64,000 bases of DNA from a virus (Duplodnaviria; Caudoviricetes): IMG/VR virus record IMGVR_UViG_3300032038_000035, positions 38,743 through 102,742 of that record; one strand, 5' to 3'. Position numbers and translations under genes: made by a program. Each line of letters begins with the position of its first letter. Position 1 is the stretch's first letter. Under the pieces are notes generated by a model that had not been told where the DNA came from, ran no database searches, and saw only the letters and a list, made by a program, of their open reading frames with translations. Shown piece after piece: positions 49,538 to 59,407 of this stretch.

Positions 49538-50536
49538 ATGAGTCGAGAAACTTTTATGGCTACTGCCCTAGACTTATTAGCGAATGAATCCGTTCCAACT
49601 GTACTTCGTAGAGATAGGGCTAAAGAGTTAGAGAAAGAGGATAATAAAGAGCCTAATTATATAGATTTAGAGTCCTTGTATAAACTTTACATGCAGCCTG
49701 CAGTTCTTAAAAAGTATGAAGAAAAATATAGACAATTATCTCATGTAGATAAGAATGCAAATAAACTCCGTGGCTATATCTACTTTGCTAATACTGCAGT
49801 AGGTGATAAAGGAGATCTTGTGGCATTCGTATCTGTTAAATTACAGTCCGGTAAAACATGGATAGATTGTCTGGAAGTAGATCCCAAATATAGAGGCAAT
49901 AAATTATCTCATCAGCTCTTAGATGTAGCATGTAAAGAATTCGGTGCTACTGACTTAAGAGTTCATAAAGATAATACCAAAGCTATTAATATATTCAAGA
50001 AGTATGGATTTACTGAATATGATAGCAAAGACAATTATCTCTATATGACAAATGAAGATGTACAGACAAGTAATCCTGTTCTTAAGAAAGACGATGCAGC
50101 TAAGGAGTCTTACGTTGACAGCTATGTTAAAGCACATGTTAAAGCTATCACAGGTATAGATACTTCATCAGCAACTGAATCTATCTTTGAAAAGAAATCC
50201 AAAGAGGAATTAGTTAATGATGCAATAGCTAAGGTTAAGAAGAAGTGCGATACCGAAGATAAGAAAGCGCTCTTCAAAGCTAATATAACCAATAATGAGA
50301 GAGCATTTAAGCAGTCTGTTAAATATCTCAAAGATCTTGACAAGAAGCATAACAAGGGTATCTTGAATGATGCAGACTATAAGAAAGAATATAAGTGTAC
50401 AATGAATCTCATCCATAAGATAATGATAGAATTCAATATCAATATAGATAGATTCATTGACAATAAGGATGCTCCCACAGCTGAAGAGATTGATCAGTTT
50501 AATGGTATAATCACAAAAATTAAAAAGTCGATATAA
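49538..50536 (+). CDS. GNAT acetyltransferase with flanking A-x-E sites and helical C-terminal domain
   Basis: LEVDPKYRGNKLS; N..A..IFKKYGF; ANES, AKES and ATES sites. Confidence 0.75.
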   Translation: MSRETFMATALDLLANESVPTVLRRDRAKELEKEDNKEPNYIDLESLYKLYMQPAVLKKYEEKYRQLSHVDKNANKLRGYIYFANTAVGDKGDLVAFVSVKLQSGKTWIDCLEVDPKYRGNKLSHQLLDVACKEFGATDLRVHKDNTKAINIFKKYGFTEYDSKDNYLYMTNEDVQTSNPVLKKDDAAKESYVDSYVKAHVKAITGIDTSSATESIFEKKSKEELVNDAIAKVKKKCDTEDKKALFKANITNNERAFKQSVKYLKDLDKKHNKGILNDADYKKEYKCTMNLIHKIMIEFNINIDRFIDNKDAPTAEEIDQFNGIITKIKKSI

Positions 50537-50577
50537 AATAATATGGTCTATGGTTTTATCCATAGACCATATTTTAA

Positions 50578-50886
50578 TTAGTCGTCAAGGCTATATCTAG
50601 CTCTGCCGAAAGATGATGCCGATACACGAACATCATTGTATACATTGCCCTCACATTCGAAAGGCTTATGTATGATTCTTGTCCCGTTCTCATCTATAGT
50701 AACGGAGATAACTTTAGTAGCATATTTGCCACACTGTCCATCTCCATCTACTATGTAGTAGATTCCTCCGGGGACATAGATAAACATATCAGAAAGCTTT
50801 GTTTCGATCTGCTTTCCGACAACCTTTGCAATGTCATTCATCTTGGAATTGATCTTGATGAATGGTGATACATTTAAGCTATTCAT
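50578..50886 (-). CDS. hypothetical protein
   Basis: AAGGAGG RBS before MNSLN. Confidence 0.6.
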   Translation of the reverse strand: MNSLNVSPFIKINSKMNDIAKVVGKQIETKLSDMFIYVPGGIYYIVDGDGQCGKYATKVISVTIDENGTRIIHKPFECEGNVYNDVRVSASSFGRARYSLDD

Positions 50887-51007
50887 TTGTTTTTCCTCCT
50901 TAGGTATATTAGACACTAATTATATAGTGTCTGTTGTACTTAAGATATATAAATAAAAAAATTATAATTAGTGCAAAAAATAAAGCCACCCGAAGGTGGC
51001 ATTATTT

Positions 51008-51277
51008 TTATGATGCCTTTGCTGCATGCGCAGCATAAATTGCATCAAACTGTCGTCTGATCTCTTTGAGAAGATCAGGTGTCCCGTCATAACCTGGGCA
51101 GTACTTATGGATGACGTACTTGACGTCATCCATAGTTGCTTCGGTCTCGTCTGCGGTTGTTGCAACTGCTGTGATGACAGCAATTGCTTTAGACGCTGTG
51201 CTGATCTGGAGCTGCTCAACAGCTTCGATCATAATTCCGAGGACTTCACTGAGGTTGAATCTTTTTATATTCTCCAT
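51008..51277 (-). CDS. early hypothetical protein
   Basis: Own early promoter and terminator. Confidence 0.65.
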   Translation of the reverse strand: MENIKRFNLSEVLGIMIEAVEQLQISTASKAIAVITAVATTADETEATMDDVKYVIHKYCPGYDGTPDLLKEIRRQFDAIYAAHAAKAS

Positions 51278-51331
51278 AGTATACCAGCCTTTCTGCCCGA
51301 TTTTGGGCAACTTAATTTATTTTATTACTTA

Positions 51332-51364
51332 TAGAATATATAACGAAAATAATCTGATATACGG
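51332..51364 (-). promoter_or_regulatory. putative early promoter
   Basis: CCGTA-N19-TATATTCTA. Confidence 0.75.
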
Positions 51365-51426
51365 ATAAATATCAGTATATTCCAAAACATTGGGATAATA
51401 CAAAATTTATAAAGGGGGCTAGTGAT

Positions 51427-52893
51427 ATGGCTCTTGTGCTTAGTTCAGAAAAGTCTCATTTTATCAATAAGATGACAGAGACTTTTTTAAACAATAAGCT
51501 TGGTCAGTATTCTAAGTACTTAGATACAACACCAACATTTGTAACATACTATGCTATAAATCAAGCACGTTCAAGAGCGGATGCAGGATCTGGAATGGTT
51601 TATGAATTAATAAACGATCAGTCTCCTATAAGATATAATAAGATAACTAATTTTCCTGTATATAAAATGAGTCAATTAATTCCTAATGGTGTTTTTGAAG
51701 ATGGTAACTATAATGTAGAATTAGAGATATCTGATATTACAGTATTACCAAATACAGTAAGACCAAGAGGAGATGACTTTGTACTAATAGAAATGCCTAA
51801 CTCTCCGAAGTTATTATTTAGAGTAACTAATTTCAAAATGAATACTATACAGTCTAATGACTTCTATATGTTCGATGCAGATCTATATGCAGTTGGAGAA
51901 GATGCGGATAAAATAGAGAAACTTGTAGTTGAGAAATATAGATGTATCTTTGAAAATATAGGTACTCAGAATAATTGCTTTGTTACAGATGAGACATTCG
52001 CTAGTGCAGAAGGATTATTAGCTACATTAAATACATTGGTAGATATGTATCATCATATGTATTATTATGATAATGAGAATATTTATGCATTTATAGATTA
52101 CATATACGACGATACATCTTTTACAGATCCCGATCCTAATTGGAATGACTATAGATATATATTTAGTGGAGATTATGTATATGATCCTAATCATATGCGT
52201 ATGCCACCACCTAAAGATGTAACTTATTACGATATATATCTGATAAAGTTTATTATGGATTCAGGAATATTCTTTAATTCAGAAGATAATTCTACTACAT
52301 CCATAGTAACATATGATGACTTTGAGCCACCTAGGTTTGATTATTTATTTAATCAGACTATATGGCGAGCTATTATTAAGAAAGATACATCACTGCTTAA
52401 TAAGTACATGTATTATTTCATTAATAAGATCAATAAATACACATCTGTGATAAAAAATAATTTCCCTAATGGAGTAGATAATACTCTGGTATCTTTAAAT
52501 AATGAAAGATATGGAGATTACTATTTCGATAAAGATTTATTAGCTATGCTCGCAGATGGTAAACCTGAAGATGATTCAAATAAAGATAACAATCAAGAAA
52601 TTGATATAGTTAACTTACAGCCATTAATGAATGGTGGAAATGAATTATCTCTCAAAGATCATATAGATATTAATCTGTATGATGTTGAAAAAGTTAAAGA
52701 TGATTCTAGTCAAGTTAATGCTGAATTACAATACATTTTTGATATAATCTATAATTACATATATGGTATAGATTTTAATATAGATGGTAAATTACTTATA
52801 AAGTATTTTAAAACTCCATCATTTTGGAATTTTAGATACCATTTGATTATAATTTATATCTTAAAGAAAAAATATGAAAGTATTTTTTCATAA
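51427..52893 (+). CDS. putative virion structural (neck/head completion-like) protein
   Basis: Late AACA-TTGGGA-TA upstream; LPNTVRPRGDDF pattern. Confidence 0.5.
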   Translation: MALVLSSEKSHFINKMTETFLNNKLGQYSKYLDTTPTFVTYYAINQARSRADAGSGMVYELINDQSPIRYNKITNFPVYKMSQLIPNGVFEDGNYNVELEISDITVLPNTVRPRGDDFVLIEMPNSPKLLFRVTNFKMNTIQSNDFYMFDADLYAVGEDADKIEKLVVEKYRCIFENIGTQNNCFVTDETFASAEGLLATLNTLVDMYHHMYYYDNENIYAFIDYIYDDTSFTDPDPNWNDYRYIFSGDYVYDPNHMRMPPPKDVTYYDIYLIKFIMDSGIFFNSEDNSTTSIVTYDDFEPPRFDYLFNQTIWRAIIKKDTSLLNKYMYYFINKINKYTSVIKNNFPNGVDNTLVSLNNERYGDYYFDKDLLAMLADGKPEDDSNKDNNQEIDIVNLQPLMNGGNELSLKDHIDINLYDVEKVKDDSSQVNAELQYIFDIIYNYIYGIDFNIDGKLLIKYFKTPSFWNFRYHLIIIYILKKKYESIFS

Positions 52894-52915
52894 TGTATAA
52901 TATGAGGTGATTAAT

Positions 52916-53452
52916 ATGCGTAACAATAAAACATTTGATTATTCCGATAGCGATATGGAAAATATCTATGGTGGAATAAACGATTTATTTGCACTTGAAG
53001 CTTTATCCGAAGATGAGGAAGAAGATCTTGATGATTATGATCCCGAGGAAGATTCGGATGAGGATATAGATGACGACGATGACGATGACGGATATGATTC
53101 TGAAATAGATGGCGATAGTGATCCTGCTGAAGATGAAGACGATGAGTATGATGACGTAGTTGAGAATGTTGGTATAAACAATCTCGATGAAGTACTCGAT
53201 ATAGATTCTCTTCTTGCAGAGGATATAATGAAAGCTAGAGCTACAGAAAGCGCTATAGATGAATTAATGAACGATTATCGCATGGATCGTGCACTCGAAG
53301 GTTCTGTTAATGTGGCTCTTACAAAGTCTGTATTAGACGATGAGCATTCCAGCAAATTCAATGATGATATTGATGCATTATATGGTTTAGACTTCGATGA
53401 TGATGACGAAAAAGGCGAAGACTTATTCGATTCAGAATATTTCAATGACTAA
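52916..53452 (+). CDS. highly acidic protein with multiple A-x-E sites (scaffold/inner head-like)
   Basis: D/E-rich; ALEA, ATES, ALEG; ends LFDSEYFND. Confidence 0.6.
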   Translation: MRNNKTFDYSDSDMENIYGGINDLFALEALSEDEEEDLDDYDPEEDSDEDIDDDDDDDGYDSEIDGDSDPAEDEDDEYDDVVENVGINNLDEVLDIDSLLAEDIMKARATESAIDELMNDYRMDRALEGSVNVALTKSVLDDEHSSKFNDDIDALYGLDFDDDDEKGEDLFDSEYFND

Positions 53453-53506
53453 TCAAAAAAATATCCGCAATGCATTTAGCATTGCGGACAATTATATCGC
53501 TTATCT

Positions 53507-53869
53507 TTAAAAGAAGCCTTTAGGATTGATATCATCATCTCCAATAGGTTTCTTTCCACTAATAATTTCTAACATGCTAGAAATTATATATTTTGAATAT
53601 TCAGGATTCTTTGGTACTGGATAAATTGACAATGCCTTTGATAATCTTGTCATTGCTTCTTTATTACCACTTGTAACATCCAGTAGAATTGCATTTGCAA
53701 TTTTATTATAGTCATGAGACTTTTGAAGTTCAGCTGCATCTGCCATAGCTATGCATGCAATTACATGCATGTATAATCCTTCATATTGACGTTTTTCATT
53801 GATTAATTCATGCAGGTGTGTAGTATTCATATTAGTTAATCTCACATATTCATTAGTAAGAATTGACAA
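53507..53869 (-). CDS. hypothetical protein, possibly RNAP omega-like
   Basis: Overlaps the end of the sigma-like gene; KYIISSMLEIISGK. Confidence 0.4.
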   Translation of the reverse strand: MSILTNEYVRLTNMNTTHLHELINEKRQYEGLYMHVIACIAMADAAELQKSHDYNKIANAILLDVTSGNKEAMTRLSKALSIYPVPKNPEYSKYIISSMLEIISGKKPIGDDDINPKGFF

Positions 53870-55392
53870 AATTCATCAATAACATCATCCTGTTTAAAAT
53901 TATTGCAGACAAGCCCATTAAGTTTTGGCGATTCGTCTATCAGAGTAAATGTGGAGTTAATAATGGATGATACATATTTCTTTATTATATCATCCTTTCC
54001 AGTAATCTCTTTTATATAAGAGAATTTGTTTGCCATTATCTCATTATTGATCTGAGAGTTTTCAAATTTGTCATTAAACTTCCTATTCTTAATGAAAGAT
54101 TCCTTTTCTATAATCATAGAAGCTGTGATTATATGAGGAATTATCCTGAAACCTTTAAGCTCTAAAAAGAACTTCATTATGAGCATAAGTTTAATTGTAG
54201 TTCGTCTGTCAAGAAGATCTATGAATGAAGATTCACCAAAGAACTTCTGATAAAAATATGTCACAAAGTATTTTGCCAATGGATTGATAGTAGTGATGTT
54301 TTCATTGTACCAATCTATCTGCTCGTTAGTAATGCTAGCGTTAAACCTGATGTCTATTTTACTGAGAGCTAATTCTATATTAGCTTGCTCTATTATGTTA
54401 TTTCCGTCATTAACTCTATATGTCTTCATTTCGATAGCTTCAAGGTGAGAAAAACCATCATCAACGTCCTTGATGATTTCTTCAGTAGATATACCAACGG
54501 TTTTAATCTTGAAGTTTTCTACATTATATTGCATATAGTTCTGTCTAATAATGCCGTCTATATAAGATACTACAGACTTGCTATAATCTATCTTATAGAG
54601 AGATTTAACAAGGAGTATCTCATCACTCAATTCATTACAATAAGATGCATCAGTTGCGCCATTCTTTTCCTTCTTCTTTTCATGTATAATAGCATCTGAG
54701 TTAAACTTCTTTTCAATCCTATGATTGATAAGTTGCTTAATCAGAATGTACACATTAATTGTACCAGAGCCTATCTTCTCAAGAACACTTTTGAATATAC
54801 AAACGAATGTTTGTATATAATTTTTCCCGTCTTCCACGCCCTGCGTTGTGGGAAGATTGTACCAATGAATTACGATAGGCAGAATTAATCTGAAGTAGTA
54901 CGAAAGCAACAGAATATTGTGCGCGTCTTCATTGGTGAGTTTGGGTGTCGATTTGTACGATGTCGTTTTCTCAGACTCAACATTAGCAGGTTCGAGATCG
55001 TCGATCATCTTGCTAATCTTGCTCGTCATAGACTCGGTAATCATGTCGTGTAAGAGCAATGTCTGGAATGTATTAACATCCTTGCATCTCTCTGAATCTA
55101 CATGGTACTTAAGAGACATTAATGCGGTCATGTACTCATCATCGTCATCGTAAAATCTAATGAAGTAGTTAATCGCTTTGGTTATGTCTGGCATTCTCAT
55201 CATATAGTGTTTCCACCTGATTGAGAATGTGGACAGTAACATGAGCTTCTCCTTAAGCTCATCAGGAGCATTCTCTAATGACTTGCACTTAAAGAGCATT
55301 GCTCTTATCTTGTTAGCATTAGGAATGACTTCAAAGATGACCTCTTCATTAGTTGGGTCCCAGTCATTTAGTTTTGGTATAAACTCGCCCAT
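53842..55392 (-). CDS. non-virion RNAP promoter-specificity (sigma-like) subunit, AR9 gp226/phiKZ gp68 homolog
   Basis: Recalled gp226-like blocks: FSI..K.Y, RLILP, NSDAII, SVVSYIDGIIRQ, E.IE....R...GN.II, F.IIP.I, C-terminal DEFCQFLL. Confidence 0.75.
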   Translation of the reverse strand: MGEFIPKLNDWDPTNEEVIFEVIPNANKIRAMLFKCKSLENAPDELKEKLMLLSTFSIRWKHYMMRMPDITKAINYFIRFYDDDDEYMTALMSLKYHVDSERCKDVNTFQTLLLHDMITESMTSKISKMIDDLEPANVESEKTTSYKSTPKLTNEDAHNILLLSYYFRLILPIVIHWYNLPTTQGVEDGKNYIQTFVCIFKSVLEKIGSGTINVYILIKQLINHRIEKKFNSDAIIHEKKKEKNGATDASYCNELSDEILLVKSLYKIDYSKSVVSYIDGIIRQNYMQYNVENFKIKTVGISTEEIIKDVDDGFSHLEAIEMKTYRVNDGNNIIEQANIELALSKIDIRFNASITNEQIDWYNENITTINPLAKYFVTYFYQKFFGESSFIDLLDRRTTIKLMLIMKFFLELKGFRIIPHIITASMIIEKESFIKNRKFNDKFENSQINNEIMANKFSYIKEITGKDDIIKKYVSSIINSTFTLIDESPKLNGLVCNNFKQDDVIDEFCQFLLMNM

Positions 55393-55532
55393 AGCAACGT
55401 ACCTCCCTTGTACATTTATTCGGGACTAAAATATATAATTTAATGTTTGGGCTCATATAAAAAAAATAAATTTTATAATTTATAAGACGTATGATAACAC
55501 TCATATTAATTTATCTAGTGAGGTGTTAATCT

Positions 55533-56297
55533 ATGGATAATTACAATTTAACTGAAGCAGATGATATTCTCGATTATTTTGACATAGATCGAATGACAGA
55601 AATAGTAAATGATCAGATTATCAATGCAACTGATTACTCCACATGTGGAGTAGTAATAGACTATTTAAAACCATTGTATGCTAAGTATAAAAGCATACAA
55701 CCAGATTTAGAACTTAATGTAGATGCAGCCAAGTATGGTGATTGCACTGAAAAGTTTAACATAATAGTTTTATTATTTGCAGATGCGATCTGTAATAAAT
55801 TTGATATAGTTATAGATGAATTTTGGTTGGATAATGCATCAGATGATGATAAATTCCTAATGATTCTATATCTATATTCTTTATTTGTAATAGACTTCAG
55901 GACGGTATTAACTGATATCTGTATTAATTATATAGACAAGAACTACGAAACACTCGGAGATATGTTGGATACTGAGAAAACACAGAAGAGTGCTACATAT
56001 AATTCTTTATTGTCTATTACGAATAATACCAAATTATCAATCATTGGCTCTAATATATTTGATGTGATATATTATATATTCGATACTCTTGATATGGATA
56101 CATTATTCGAATATATGCCAGAAGACTATCTTCCTATGAATGAATTGAAGACATATTTTGAAGATGGCATTATTGGAGGAGAAATCTATTCCAAGATACT
56201 TGCATATGTTAAGAGCAATTCTACATTAAGAAGTGCTATGGCATTTGATATTATTTCTTATATTAGAACCGAATATAAAGTAGAAACAACGGAGTGA
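55533..56297 (+). CDS. acidic hypothetical protein
   Basis: GAGGTG RBS, 254 aa. Confidence 0.75.
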   Translation: MDNYNLTEADDILDYFDIDRMTEIVNDQIINATDYSTCGVVIDYLKPLYAKYKSIQPDLELNVDAAKYGDCTEKFNIIVLLFADAICNKFDIVIDEFWLDNASDDDKFLMILYLYSLFVIDFRTVLTDICINYIDKNYETLGDMLDTEKTQKSATYNSLLSITNNTKLSIIGSNIFDVIYYIFDTLDMDTLFEYMPEDYLPMNELKTYFEDGIIGGEIYSKILAYVKSNSTLRSAMAFDIISYIRTEYKVETTE

Positions 56298-56302
56298 TAT
56301 AA

Positions 56303-57457
56303 ATGGTGGCAGAAAAGTTAATTCAAGAAGAGATTGATTTACAAAAGCTAAATCCTGATAGTGATGAGATTGTACCCTATAAGGATTTAGATGATGAAGC
56401 TAAAAAAGAGTTTATAAAGAAAATAATCAGATATGAAGCTGATCATTTTGTAATATCGGATCCACATAAAGAAGATCCTATCTTTGTATCAGATGAATCT
56501 ATAGATACAAACATGGATTTCTTTGTAGATGCATATAACGAAGTAATCAATATGCCATATCTGTCATTACTTGCATATCTGCGTAAGATTAAGGCAGCAA
56601 GAAAGTCTCTTAAAGCTAATGATCTTTTATTATATGCTAGAAGAGAATTCGCGAGAGTTGATCTTGGCATAGATGATAGTGAATCATATTTTGATTTAAA
56701 CTATGATAGCGGTGATATCATAGACTTCAATGCTATTAAGAAAGATGAAGCTGCTAATAAAGAAAACATCGTAAAGACAGATAGTACCAGACTTTTAGTT
56801 GAATACATAATTAAGTTGAGATATGGAGGATCTGATATGTCTCAGGTAGATTTAATAGTAGAGAAACTGGAAGATGATATTCGAATCTTAAATGCTGGCG
56901 ATGATCTTAATAAAGAGATGAATATCAAAGATATTACTAAAGCTATAGATATTATAAAATGTCTGGGATTAGTAGAAGAAAACGAGAGATATATGGATAC
57001 CAAATGGTATAAATATCTCATAGAGACTATAGTATATGATGAAAGAGCTGTTAAGCTTGCAAAAGAAATGGAATCGAATCCTAAGAAGGCTAAGCATCTT
57101 ATAGATAAGATATTTGGTCCTGATATGGTAATTGCATTTGTTGACAAATATAAGCGTGCTGTTGACTATGCAGCAGCTCCTTCTGATGTATTTATTAAAT
57201 CAGCTGTATCTCTTTTATTCTATACAATGGCTAAGAAGGTTAGATCTAACATGAAGTCTGGCAGTAGTAGATCTCTTATATATCGTGGATATCTTATCCA
57301 CTATATGCTGGATGACATTATTCCTGCAAATGAGATGGAAGCTATGACTAATCTTTATAAAGATTTATTTGATTTGTATCTGTCTAATGTTAAATTATCC
57401 AAGATACTTAAGAATAATAAATTCAATGAGATAGTAGCGTCTTCTAGTTTAGCGTAA
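56303..57457 (+). CDS. hypothetical protein
   Basis: GGAGTG RBS, 384 aa. Confidence 0.75.
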   Translation: MVAEKLIQEEIDLQKLNPDSDEIVPYKDLDDEAKKEFIKKIIRYEADHFVISDPHKEDPIFVSDESIDTNMDFFVDAYNEVINMPYLSLLAYLRKIKAARKSLKANDLLLYARREFARVDLGIDDSESYFDLNYDSGDIIDFNAIKKDEAANKENIVKTDSTRLLVEYIIKLRYGGSDMSQVDLIVEKLEDDIRILNAGDDLNKEMNIKDITKAIDIIKCLGLVEENERYMDTKWYKYLIETIVYDERAVKLAKEMESNPKKAKHLIDKIFGPDMVIAFVDKYKRAVDYAAAPSDVFIKSAVSLLFYTMAKKVRSNMKSGSSRSLIYRGYLIHYMLDDIIPANEMEAMTNLYKDLFDLYLSNVKLSKILKNNKFNEIVASSSLA

Positions 57458-57502
57458 AATTAATAGATAGAGTATCAATCGATACTCTATCTATTTTTTT
57501 GA

Positions 57503-57955
57503 TTAGTTCTCTTCAGTTTCAGCTTCCTTAGCAGCTTCGAGCTTAGCTTTCTTCTGAGCTCTCCTCTGTGCCTTAGTAAGTGCAGCTGTATCAGGTGTAG
57601 CTTCCTCTTCCTTCTCAGGAATGGTTGCTGTAGTTGTAGCAGAAACGCCATTGAATACCTTGCCTTCATCTATAGCAGGTGTTTCAACCTTTTCAGTTGC
57701 TACAGTCTTAACTGTAGATGCAACAGAAGCCTTGGGCTTAGCTGCGGGCTTGATCTTATCTGCAGTAACTATCTCGAAATCTGCACGAGTGAGTCTCTTA
57801 CTAGAGCCATCTGCAAATCTTTCATATACCTTATGACCTGCATCGATAAGCTGTCTTATAGTATTATCTTCACAGGAAATAGGTGTAGTTATAGGGCCAC
57901 TCATACCGAATACCCTAATATAGTTACTATCAAGAACCGTTATTCTTCTAGACAT
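57503..57955 (-). CDS. hypothetical protein with Ala/Thr/Lys-rich tail
   Basis: AAGGAG RBS; GPITTP N-terminal domain. Confidence 0.7.
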   Translation of the reverse strand: MSRRITVLDSNYIRVFGMSGPITTPISCEDNTIRQLIDAGHKVYERFADGSSKRLTRADFEIVTADKIKPAAKPKASVASTVKTVATEKVETPAIDEGKVFNGVSATTTATIPEKEEEATPDTAALTKAQRRAQKKAKLEAAKEAETEEN

Positions 57956-57970
57956 GATAAAACACTCCTT

Positions 57971-59302
57971 TTATTTACTATAATCTGTAGGATATTTTAA
58001 TATTTCGCTAAACTTCGTGACTGATACTTCTTTTGACTTAGTACCATCTATGAGTTCATTGAGTTTATTAGAACATCTATCGATCTTGAATTTATACGTG
58101 TCATATATACCATTAGATTGTACATAACTCGTAAATGTGTCAAGCTTTTCTTTAAGCTTATACAATTCATCTAATGTGGCTAATCTATCTATATTAGAAT
58201 GAATTTTATCCACATTAAGTGCAATCATCTCCAAATCATAATCTGTTGGTAATTTGGGCATGCACTTGCAGTCGCAACAACAGCATTCTTTAGCAGAGAA
58301 TGCATTCTCTAATACAGAACTAAATTCTGTATTTGTATCTACAATTTTGATTGTATTGAGAATACCATTGAGTTTGAGATCACCATTATCAATACGCTCA
58401 AATACAGACTCAGTTGCTATTATAGCATTGGTATATCTATCAGCATAGCCTATACCGAGACGACTGATTATATCGAGATATGCTTTACGTACAGATCTAC
58501 TGTGAGTATTTGCACTCTGGTATAACAGATCATCTTTAATGAGTCTTCTTCTTGTAGCAAGTTCTTTAATATTAATATTATTCTGTGCAACAAGATTGTC
58601 TACTGTTTTCTTATAGTCGTTATTGCTGGTAAATGTAGTTGTGCCATATGCTCTAATGATTTTGTCAATAGCGCTATATAAGTATGGCTTATACGTATCA
58701 ATTCCAAATAACTTATCCGCTATGTATTCTTCTCTTCTTCCATCAATACCAGTTCTTAATACATGCATTCCGCATGCTATAAGTGTAGGTACTGTATAGA
58801 ATAATTGCTGAGCAGCGCATACAACAGAGCGTCTTCCATACTTGAGTTCTTCTCTATGAATCATATACGAATTGTATATAACCTCAGGTATGGTAGAACT
58901 AAATGCAACATGACCCAATTCATGTAATAACATAGCAGTTAACTCTTTATTTGTGAAATTCAACCTATGCTTATCGAAACAGTTTTCATCTATTTCGACT
59001 ATATAATTATCCACAACAACGAGCCAGTCCTTGCAGAATTCAACCAATGAAGTTTTATCGAGATTAGCATATAATGATTTAAGCTTAGTTATATCAGGGT
59101 ATACTTTGATACCACAGAAATCACTTTTGCCATTAATCAATATAACTTTAAACTCTTTAGTCATCTTCAATTCAGCTGAGATCTTAGATAAACTACTCGA
59201 AATTCGTGTACTAAGTTCGTTTGAATTACAGTTTTTAGTCATATAATCAAGAAAGGCATTATCCATACTTTCGCAATAAGCTTCTATTTTAGGATTATTC
59301 AT
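57971..59302 (-). CDS. HExxH Zn-metalloprotease-like late (virion) protein
   Basis: LLHELGH...EYIAD; ATES site; late GACA-TTGACT-TA promoter. Confidence 0.7.
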   Translation of the reverse strand: MNNPKIEAYCESMDNAFLDYMTKNCNSNELSTRISSSLSKISAELKMTKEFKVILINGKSDFCGIKVYPDITKLKSLYANLDKTSLVEFCKDWLVVVDNYIVEIDENCFDKHRLNFTNKELTAMLLHELGHVAFSSTIPEVIYNSYMIHREELKYGRRSVVCAAQQLFYTVPTLIACGMHVLRTGIDGRREEYIADKLFGIDTYKPYLYSAIDKIIRAYGTTTFTSNNDYKKTVDNLVAQNNINIKELATRRRLIKDDLLYQSANTHSRSVRKAYLDIISRLGIGYADRYTNAIIATESVFERIDNGDLKLNGILNTIKIVDTNTEFSSVLENAFSAKECCCCDCKCMPKLPTDYDLEMIALNVDKIHSNIDRLATLDELYKLKEKLDTFTSYVQSNGIYDTYKFKIDRCSNKLNELIDGTKSKEVSVTKFSEILKYPTDYSK

Positions 59303-59407
59303 GACTTATTTCCACTCCTTTCGCACAAAAATACATTAAGTCAATGTCCTAAAATGAAATTAATAAGCAATGTATACCCACTAAAAATCATGGGTATACA
59401 TTGTAAT

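Noticed and set aside
52916-53452. DNA-mimic anti-restriction protein
   Set aside because: It is acidic, but its late structural context and multiple A-x-E sites fit a scaffold or inner-head protein better; not fully excluded.
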